Of a stretch of DNA of 64,000 nt, positions 56,983 to 64,000 are shown in pieces; positions within the stretch are counted from its first letter, which is position 1; every line of letters starts with the position of its first letter. Made by a program: the position numbers and the translations under genes. This DNA comes from Fibrobacterota bacterium. Its GTDB lineage: Bacteria > Fibrobacterota > Fibrobacteria > UBA11236. The DNA lies in assembly GCA_043753995.1 (NCBI GenBank), contig JAYUVP010000098.1:1-64000 (forward strand), read 5' to 3'. The notes beneath the pieces are model-generated. The model worked only from the letters and a program-made list of their open reading frames with translations. It was not told the DNA's origin and did no database searches.

Positions 56983-57897
56983 ATGACTTCAAAAGCTCGC
57001 AATATTATTCAAGTGGCTTGGACGCTTTTACGAGACACTTATAACAGTTGGAGTGCAGACAAAGCGTCGCGGCTAGCCGCGGCGCTTTCCTATTACACCA
57101 TTTTTTCGATCGCTCCCTTATTGATCCTGGTCATCGCCATCGCAGGATGGGTTTTCAATAAAGAAGCGGCTAGTACTCGAATATTTGACCAAGTTCACTC
57201 CTTGGTGGGTGAAGATGGGGCTTCCATCATCAAAACCATGGTCGAAAGCGCAGGAAAATCAGAGAGCACTTTTTTTGCCACCGCAATTGGGATCATCGCC
57301 TTGCTTATCGGTGCGTCGGGGGCATTTATCCAACTTCAAGACGCATTAAATTCAATCTGGGGTGTGCAAGCCAAGCATGGCCACGGCCTCTTGATTTTTA
57401 TTCAAAAGCGCCTGCTTTCTTTTTCCATGGTCTTGGTGATCGGCTTCATGCTTTTGGTCAGCTTGGTGCTCAGCGCCATCCTGGCGGGCATGGGCCAATT
57501 TTTGAATCGGGTTTTGCCATTTCCCGAAGTCTTGCTGCAAATTTTCAATTTCGTGATTTCCTTTGGGGTCACGGCATTGCTCTTCACCTTGATTTTCAAG
57601 GTTTTGCCGGATGTCCTCGTGAAATGGAAAGACGTTTGGGTGGGCGGGGTCGTCACTGCCCTTCTCTTCTCCCTGGGCCGGTATTTGATAGGCCTGTATT
57701 TAGGTCGTGGAAGCGTGAGTTCGGCCTATGGCGCCGCGGGGTCCTTCGTCATTGTGCTTGTATGGATTTATTACTCCTCGCAAATTCTTTTATTTGGAGC
57801 CGAATTCACCAAGGTCTATGCCAATCGAGGAGGCGAGTCGGTTCAGCCTTCGCTCCATGCCGAGGTTGCTCCTGAGGTGATTCCGGCGAGCCATTAA
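56983..57897 (+). CDS. YihY/virulence factor BrkB family membrane protein
   Basis: AAALSYYTIFSIAP, LQDALNSIW, YGAAGS, WIYYSSQILLFGAE. Confidence 0.93.
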   Translation: MTSKARNIIQVAWTLLRDTYNSWSADKASRLAAALSYYTIFSIAPLLILVIAIAGWVFNKEAASTRIFDQVHSLVGEDGASIIKTMVESAGKSESTFFATAIGIIALLIGASGAFIQLQDALNSIWGVQAKHGHGLLIFIQKRLLSFSMVLVIGFMLLVSLVLSAILAGMGQFLNRVLPFPEVLLQIFNFVISFGVTALLFTLIFKVLPDVLVKWKDVWVGGVVTALLFSLGRYLIGLYLGRGSVSSAYGAAGSFVIVLVWIYYSSQILLFGAEFTKVYANRGGESVQPSLHAEVAPEVIPASH

Positions 57898-58052
57898 TCC
57901 CATTATGGCTCATTGTTATAGGTGTTGTTTCGAAGTTTGAGTTGTAGCCCCATACGACGGGTATAGGGTTTCGATGCAGTAAGTAATTTGATTTGCGGAT
58001 TCGCATTCCTTTTTAGCGAAAACAAACACAAATTGTTACTGAGGATTCGAAA

Positions 58053-58673
58053 ATGAAGAATTTTGCATTACCCTGCATGCCGAAATGGACTCCGTTCCTT
58101 GCTTTGACCTTGCTCTGGATTGCCGGAATAACCTCCGTAGCCCCGGCCCAGAACGCACCGGAAGGGCTGTTGCCTGTGCACGAAGCCTATTCCAACGGGG
58201 ATTTCGAAGTAGTGCTCACTCGCATCGAGGCTTATCAGAAGCGTCATCGTAGCCTTAGCCTGTCGGATTCGATTTTCATCGCCAAGCATTTGGCCGTGGT
58301 TTATGCCTCCAACCCCCAAACGCGCGAAAAAGGCCGTTATTACATGTTCCGTATGCTGGAAATGAACCCTTCCGCCGATTTAGTGGACATGTTCATCAGT
58401 CAAGATTTGGATGAAACCTTTGAAAAAGTGCGAAAAGAATTTTTAGTGAGACAAAATCGCTCGCAAGGCGTCAAAACCATACATGCCCCTCCGCCCAAGC
58501 CTGAAAAAGGTGAACGAACCATACCCCTTCCCGTTGCTAAGGCGGCTCCCAAACCAAGCAGCAAAACCTGGCTTTGGGTTGCAGGAGGAGCTGCTGTTGC
58601 GGCGGGTGCCGTGACGGCTTATTACTTGACTCTCGATCATCCGTCAGAAGGCAAAAACATTCCCCTGGACTAA
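58053..58673 (+). CDS. Exported helical (TPR-like) protein with C-terminal hydrophobic anchor
   Basis: Signal peptide; YSNGDFE..., KHLAVVYA; Pro/Lys linker; WLWVAGGAAVAAGAVTAY. Confidence 0.8.
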   Translation: MKNFALPCMPKWTPFLALTLLWIAGITSVAPAQNAPEGLLPVHEAYSNGDFEVVLTRIEAYQKRHRSLSLSDSIFIAKHLAVVYASNPQTREKGRYYMFRMLEMNPSADLVDMFISQDLDETFEKVRKEFLVRQNRSQGVKTIHAPPPKPEKGERTIPLPVAKAAPKPSSKTWLWVAGGAAVAAGAVTAYYLTLDHPSEGKNIPLD

Positions 58674-58707
58674 AGCCGGCGCCCGCTAAACCTTAAGAGA
58701 TCGCATC

Positions 58708-61700
58708 ATGAAATTCGAAGCCCCAGTTAAAAAAGCCATTCTATCCGCAGCATCTCTGCTGATCCTCATGCTTTTCCCTTTGATACTCCTCTCCTGTTTA
58801 GCGAAATCGGAAGACGATACCGTTACCATCAAGGTGAAGCCGGCTTGGTTGGAATTGGACAGCTTTGAGGTGGTTTGGGTGGACGCCGAGGGAAAAGAGA
58901 AAGCGATGCTTTTTCAAGGACCCTTAAAAAACGAATGGAGCCTCACCGATTTGCCAGGCAAGGGATATAAGGGAGAAGCCGCGGTTTTCATGCTGAGAGG
59001 GTATGAGGGCGGCGTCTTGGTTTTCGAGCAAAAGCGCGTTTTTAATCCGAATACCAATCCGAAAATTACCGTGACGACCTTGCGCGATCCCTGGGCGACT
59101 TCCGCCGGGCTTACCCTCGATCCGAAGCGCCTGAACTTAGTGGTGGGAGAAACCAAGGCCGTCCGTGCGGAAACGAATCCCGAGGAAGCGATCCAATCGG
59201 TCACCTGGGAAGCGCGAACTCCGGGCATAGTGGAAATCGTAAGCAATGCGGCTTCGCCGGGGAATGTCACGGTCAAAGCCTTACAGGCAGGCAGCACGGT
59301 GATTCTGGTTCGCGTTTCGACGGATCCCAAACTGGTGGATAGTGTAGTGGTCGATGTTTATTCGTCAGCCGACGCCCCTCCCGTCATTGATGCCTTTGGG
59401 CCCGATACGGTGATTTCAATTAAGGATAGTGTGATGTTTTCCGCAGTCTTCCATGCCCGCAATGGGAAGCTGGCTACTTGTACTCTGGACGTGAATAGCG
59501 ACGGTGTAGCTGAATTTCAAGAGAGCTTGACCGATTCCGCCCATTCCTTCAAGCGCAGCTTTGCCTATCCCGATACGGGAAACTTTTCGGCATCCTTGAC
59601 CGTAGTCGATGCCGCCGGTCGAATCAGCCGCGAAACCGCCCTCATCGGGGTCCGTTTGGATGCGCCTCGAATTGATGCAGGAAACGATACCGGAATCGCA
59701 GTTGGCAGTTCTCTTGTATTTGTTGGCAAGGCGACCCAGGACTTTGGAACCTTGGTGTCCTACCGTTGGGATTTCAATGGCGACAATACTTGGGATTTCG
59801 AATCGACGACCACGGGACAAACCACCCATACCTATGCGTCCGAAGGCACCTTCGTGGCGGTATTCGAAGTCAAAGATGATGACGGAAACGTTTCTCGTGA
59901 TACACGCCGCGTGGATGTGGGCAATAAGGCCCCAGCATTCTCAGCCACCCTGCCTGACACCATCATCACTATCAAGGATGCCATCACCTTCAAAGGACGA
60001 GTCGCTGACGGTGACGGCCTCATCACTAAGCTGGAATGGGACTTCACAGGGACCGGAACCTTCACCCATGCGACCACGCCCGGTCTCGCCCAGGTCGATT
60101 TCTCGGTGGAGCAGGTATTCAATACTCCCTCGGTGATCAAGGTGGTGGCCCGAGCGACGGATAATGGCGGAAAAACCTGGGATGACACGGTAAGGGTCGA
60201 GGTGCTACTCGATGCTCCCAAGGTCAGCGCGGGAGATGACGTCTCCATGATCGCGGGTGGCCAGATCACCTTGAATGGCACGGCGACCGATGGCCGTGGC
60301 CAAGTGGTTACGACCGAATGGAAAATCGGATCTGGAAACTTTCTGCAAAGACGTCAGGGCGACACCTCCTTCACCGCCCCGAGCACGCCGCAAATCTTAT
60401 GGGCCTTATTCCGCGCCACGGACGATGACGGAAATCAAGTCATGGATTCGGTGAAAGTCACCGTGCGGGCGAGCACGGACAATTTGCTGAAATTGCTGTC
60501 GGTGGCTTCCGTGATTTTGTCGCCCACCACCTTCAATTCAGGGGTCTTCACTTATTCCGGGAGCGTGGCCAATTCCGTGACCTCGGTTTCGATTACCGCT
60601 GCCCCTGTGGATCCCACGGCGACCCTCACGGTGAACGGCGTGGCGGCCACTTCGGGGACGCCAAGCACGGTAAATCTCAGTACCAGTGTTAATGCCATCC
60701 CCATTGTGGTGAAAGCCCAGGACGGTTCTGAGGAGACCTATACGGTCACCATCACGCGGGCACAGGAGGCGAACAACTCTCTTCTAGCTCTGGCAGTCGC
60801 AACGGTCACGCTTGCGCCTTCCACCTTTAATGCGGCGACCGTGATTTACTCGGGAACGGTGGCCTCGGCCGTGACCTCGGTATCGGTGACCGCGACGACA
60901 CAAAGTGACTTGGCGACCTTGTCGGTGAATAGTCTGGCAGCGACTTCGGGGACCGCGAGTACGGTGAATCTCACCACGGGTCCGAATGCCATCCCCATCG
61001 TGGTGACAGCTCAGGACGGATCCAAGAAAACCTATACCGTGAACATTACCCGAGCGCAAGATGCGAATAACTCCTTGCTATCGCTGTCGGTGGCTTCGGT
61101 CACACTTGCACCTGCCATCTTTAATGCGGCGACCTTGAATTACACAGGGTCGGTAGCCTCTTCGGTGACTTCGGTTTCGGTGACCGCGACGGTGCAAAGT
61201 GCGTCAGCAACCATGACGGTAAATGGGACTACCGCCACCTCGGGGGCCGCGCGCACGGTCAATCTCACCACGGGCCCCAATGCTATTCCCATTGTCGTCA
61301 CCGCGCAAGACGGAACAACAAAAACCTATACAGTGACCATCACCCAACCCGATGCGAATAACGCCTTGCTTTCGCTGTCGGTGGCTTCGGTCACGCTTAC
61401 GCCTAATATCTTCAATGCGGCGACCTTGAATTACACGGGTACGGTGGCTTCTTCGGTGGCTTCGGTCTCGATGACCGCGACCGTGCAAAGTGCCTCGGCG
61501 ACTCTGACGGTGAATGGGACTACCGCCACCTCGGGGACCGCGCGCACGGTCAATCTTGTCCCGGGTCCGAATGCCATCCCCATCGTGGTGACGGCACAAG
61601 ACGGGACAACCCGAACCTATACGGTGACCATCACCCAGCCGGATGCGAATAATGCGTTGCTATCGCTGTCGGTGGCTTCGGTCACGCTTGCACCCGCCAC

Positions 61701-63207
61701 CTTCAATGCTGCGACCTTGAGTTATTCTGGGTCGGTGGCTTCTACCGTGACTTCGGTCTCGGTGACTGCGACGGTGCAAAGTGCGTCGGCGACCCTGTCG
61801 ATCAATGGATCGGCCACGACATCGGGAACCGCGCGCAGCGTTACCCTTACCGCCGGTGCGAATGCCATCCCCGTGATAGTGACGGCCCAGAACGGAACCA
61901 CTCGGACTTATACAGTGACTATCACCCAGCAGGATGGGAACAATAATCTCTCGGACCTGACGCCTTCGGTCGGATCCTTCACGTCGCCCTTCTCGCAAAA
62001 TACGATTGCTTATGACCTGGTCGTTCCTGATGTGAATACCAGCGTTCGCTTGACACCCACGGCCGCAGCTCCTCTCACCTCAACTATTACGGTCAACACA
62101 GTCGCCGTCACTTCGGGAGCCCAATCGGCGGCCCTCGCCTTGGCTGCAGCACAAATGACTACCGCGACCATTCGAGTGACATCGCAAAGCGGGGTGACCA
62201 AAACCTATACGGTGAGGATGCATCGAGGCGGCTGGGTGCAAGCGGGTGGAGTTACGGGCGCTAGCACGGAAGCCCCCGCCGCCTTGGCATCGCATGAAAA
62301 CATGGTCTATCATCTGGGGCAAGTCACCCAAACCAGGGTAGCGACCGTGAAGAGGTTGTCCGGATCCACCTGGGGAGCGGATCCCTCATTTCCGGGATTT
62401 TCGCCGCTGGGCGCCAATGCCATGGTGAGCGATGCAACGAATTTGTTTATAGTCAGCGCATGGACGGCAACGGCCATCATGCACCGCAAAAATGCCGCCG
62501 CAACTTGGTCCAACTCCACGGTGGGGCCCCCCGGCATCGCCCTGATGGCCGCAGGTGGGAATAACGCCTATTACTTGTACAAGGACAATATCAACAGCAC
62601 TCCTCATGTGCTCTCTTTCGGTGGAAGCAGCTGGACGGAAATCGGAACCTTGCCCTCGGATGCGGACTATGCCGATTTGGCGGCGGGGTCGGATGGAACG
62701 CCCTGGGTAGCTCAAAATTCCGGCACCTCACTAGAGGTCAGGCGCTGGAGCAGTTCCTTATGGACCACGTCGAGTGGCGGGGGCACCAATGCGACTGGAA
62801 GTCTGGCCTTTTCCTCCTTTTCATTGGGCATTTGGAATAATCTCCCTTATGTCGCCTTTGCCGACGAAGCCAATGGTGGGGGCCTCACCGTGACTCGGGC
62901 CTCCAGCGGGGCAGTCTTGGGAACGCGCGCTTTTTCGCCTAGCGGCCTTGTCGTGTCGGCGTGCCGGGTCTATGGTTCGTCTGGCGTTTTGATCGTTGTC
63001 GCGCAAATGCGTGATGCCGCAAGCGCCGCCTATTCCAACTATGCCTGGAAGTGGACGGGTTCGGCCTGGGAAATGCTGGGGTCGGGCGCCATATCCACCG
63101 GCACGTCCTCCGGATTCACCTCGACCATGCATCAAGGCTTTCCTTGGATGGGCCAGGTTACGGCTTCCGGAAGTGTCGTCTACCAATACGTCAATACGGC
63201 GCCTTGA
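58708..63207 (+). CDS. Giant surface lipoprotein: Big_2, PKD, six cadherin-like beta-sandwich repeats and C-terminal propeller-like domain
   Basis: Lipobox LLSC; YRWDFNGD, LEWDF PKD motifs; NNxLxSLSV...VTAQDGTTxTYTVTIT repeats. Confidence 0.9.
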   Translation: MKFEAPVKKAILSAASLLILMLFPLILLSCLAKSEDDTVTIKVKPAWLELDSFEVVWVDAEGKEKAMLFQGPLKNEWSLTDLPGKGYKGEAAVFMLRGYEGGVLVFEQKRVFNPNTNPKITVTTLRDPWATSAGLTLDPKRLNLVVGETKAVRAETNPEEAIQSVTWEARTPGIVEIVSNAASPGNVTVKALQAGSTVILVRVSTDPKLVDSVVVDVYSSADAPPVIDAFGPDTVISIKDSVMFSAVFHARNGKLATCTLDVNSDGVAEFQESLTDSAHSFKRSFAYPDTGNFSASLTVVDAAGRISRETALIGVRLDAPRIDAGNDTGIAVGSSLVFVGKATQDFGTLVSYRWDFNGDNTWDFESTTTGQTTHTYASEGTFVAVFEVKDDDGNVSRDTRRVDVGNKAPAFSATLPDTIITIKDAITFKGRVADGDGLITKLEWDFTGTGTFTHATTPGLAQVDFSVEQVFNTPSVIKVVARATDNGGKTWDDTVRVEVLLDAPKVSAGDDVSMIAGGQITLNGTATDGRGQVVTTEWKIGSGNFLQRRQGDTSFTAPSTPQILWALFRATDDDGNQVMDSVKVTVRASTDNLLKLLSVASVILSPTTFNSGVFTYSGSVANSVTSVSITAAPVDPTATLTVNGVAATSGTPSTVNLSTSVNAIPIVVKAQDGSEETYTVTITRAQEANNSLLALAVATVTLAPSTFNAATVIYSGTVASAVTSVSVTATTQSDLATLSVNSLAATSGTASTVNLTTGPNAIPIVVTAQDGSKKTYTVNITRAQDANNSLLSLSVASVTLAPAIFNAATLNYTGSVASSVTSVSVTATVQSASATMTVNGTTATSGAARTVNLTTGPNAIPIVVTAQDGTTKTYTVTITQPDANNALLSLSVASVTLTPNIFNAATLNYTGTVASSVASVSMTATVQSASATLTVNGTTATSGTARTVNLVPGPNAIPIVVTAQDGTTRTYTVTITQPDANNALLSLSVASVTLAPATFNAATLSYSGSVASTVTSVSVTATVQSASATLSINGSATTSGTARSVTLTAGANAIPVIVTAQNGTTRTYTVTITQQDGNNNLSDLTPSVGSFTSPFSQNTIAYDLVVPDVNTSVRLTPTAAAPLTSTITVNTVAVTSGAQSAALALAAAQMTTATIRVTSQSGVTKTYTVRMHRGGWVQAGGVTGASTEAPAALASHENMVYHLGQVTQTRVATVKRLSGSTWGADPSFPGFSPLGANAMVSDATNLFIVSAWTATAIMHRKNAAATWSNSTVGPPGIALMAAGGNNAYYLYKDNINSTPHVLSFGGSSWTEIGTLPSDADYADLAAGSDGTPWVAQNSGTSLEVRRWSSSLWTTSSGGGTNATGSLAFSSFSLGIWNNLPYVAFADEANGGGLTVTRASSGAVLGTRAFSPSGLVVSACRVYGSSGVLIVVAQMRDAASAAYSNYAWKWTGSAWEMLGSGAISTGTSSGFTSTMHQGFPWMGQVTASGSVVYQYVNTAP
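60475..62226 (+). repeat. 6 x ~291-294-bp tandem cadherin-like domain repeats
   Basis: Unit starts near 60475, 60769, 61063, 61354, 61645 and 61936. Confidence 0.9.
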
Positions 63208-63211
63208 GTAG

Positions 63212-63249
63212 GTTACTTCAATGTTTCGGTAACATATAGGATACGTTTT
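63212..63249 (+). repeat. 38-bp motif, copy 2
   Basis: GTTACttcaATGTTTCGGTAACATAtAGGATACgTTTT. Confidence 0.9.
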
Positions 63250-63431
63250 GGAGGTTTGAAATCGACTTCCAACGGCGTTTTTTCCCGAAAAGGCGCCTGC
63301 GGCTTAGGGGTCTTGTCAGAAGAGAGGTCCGGGGACCCTCTCTAGGGTGTTGGGTTGGGGGCGCCATCTGAAGTGGCTTCTAGGGCTATCTTTACAGGCG
63401 CACTATTGGCCTCACCTTTCAGGAAATCGGC

Positions 63432-63893
63432 GTGCTTTCGAAAAAAACCATTTATGCCATCAAGGCATTGCAATACTTGGCCCGCAAGCATAAAAGCGGG
63501 CCGGTGCTCATCGCCGAAATCGCCGAGCAAGAATCCATCCCGCAAAAATTCCTGGAGTTGATTCTCCTGGAGCTGAAAAAAGACGGCGTTCTCGACAGCA
63601 AAAAAGGCAAGGGCGGCGGGTATATGCTGGCTCGCCCCGCCGACAGCATTACTTTGGGGCAAATCATTCGCAAAATGGACGGGCCTTTGGCCTTGCGTCC
63701 TTGCGTGAGCCAGACCGCCTATCGCCGCTGCGACGAATGCAAGGACGAAGTCACTTGCGGCATTCGCATGGCGATGAAGGAAGTGCGCGATCGCACCGCA
63801 GAAATTTTAGATCGCACCTCGCTCGCGCAAATCAATGATGCCGCCAAAGCCGCGCAGGCCAATCGCGGTGGCATACTCGACTATTCGATTTGA
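63432..63893 (+). CDS. Rrf2 family transcriptional regulator
   Basis: YAIKAL, IPQKFLELIL, SKKGKGGGYML, PCVS...CDEC....C; GTG start. Confidence 0.93.
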   Translation: MLSKKTIYAIKALQYLARKHKSGPVLIAEIAEQESIPQKFLELILLELKKDGVLDSKKGKGGGYMLARPADSITLGQIIRKMDGPLALRPCVSQTAYRRCDECKDEVTCGIRMAMKEVRDRTAEILDRTSLAQINDAAKAAQANRGGILDYSI

Positions 63894-63917
63894 TCCTTTC
63901 CATCACCCGGAGGCCTT

Positions 63918-64000
63918 ATGGCAAACTGGTTCGCTGACAACTCTCTCTCCATCGGCAATACGCCCCTCGTCAAACTCAATCGCGTCACCGATGGCGCTCA
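63918..64000 (+). CDS. cysK: Cysteine synthase A, 5' part (runs off the window)
   Basis: GGAGG RBS; MANWFADNSLSIGNTPLVKLNRV. Confidence 0.85.
   Translation, partial: MANWFADNSLSIGNTPLVKLNRVTDGA

Noticed and set aside
63320..63343. Hairpin AGAGAGGTCC/GGACCCTCTCT upstream of Rrf2
   Set aside because: Single imperfect stem without U tract or other copies; function not supportable
1..64000. rRNA, tRNA, transposase, integrase or phage genes
   Set aside because: None recognised by eye; short RNAs could be missed without covariance searches

Overview
64 kb of bacterial chromosome, most likely Fibrobacterota. This is inferred from a TIGR02171-like FGE-domain lipoprotein, many large Ig-repeat lipoproteins and secreted proteins with basic T9SS-like C-terminal tails. 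About 50 genes, mostly accessory: surface/secreted repeat proteins (CARDB, Big_2, PKD/cadherin-like, BNR propellers, M8 metallopeptidase), stress and transport genes (katE, glgX, MATE, CDF, Ric-like, ECF42+DGPF), a GH67 alpha-glucuronidase, and Rrf2-cysK at the right edge. I found no rRNA, tRNA, CRISPR array, integrase or transposase. Best leads: (1) a tightly coupled 4-gene lipid operon (histidine phosphatase, PlsY, GNAT/class-V aminotransferase fusion, AUR1-like PAP2) that could build a serinol-based ceramide/sphingolipid mimic; (2) an orphan adaptor / Cys-His-Asp+LysM effector / candidate immunity triad; (3) a 38-bp motif repeated directly around a 7.3-kb block; (4) a three-copy REP-like element; (5) an AT-rich giant di-heme protein; (6) several gene remnants showing local decay and shuffling. 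All family calls come from motifs read by eye, not from database searches.
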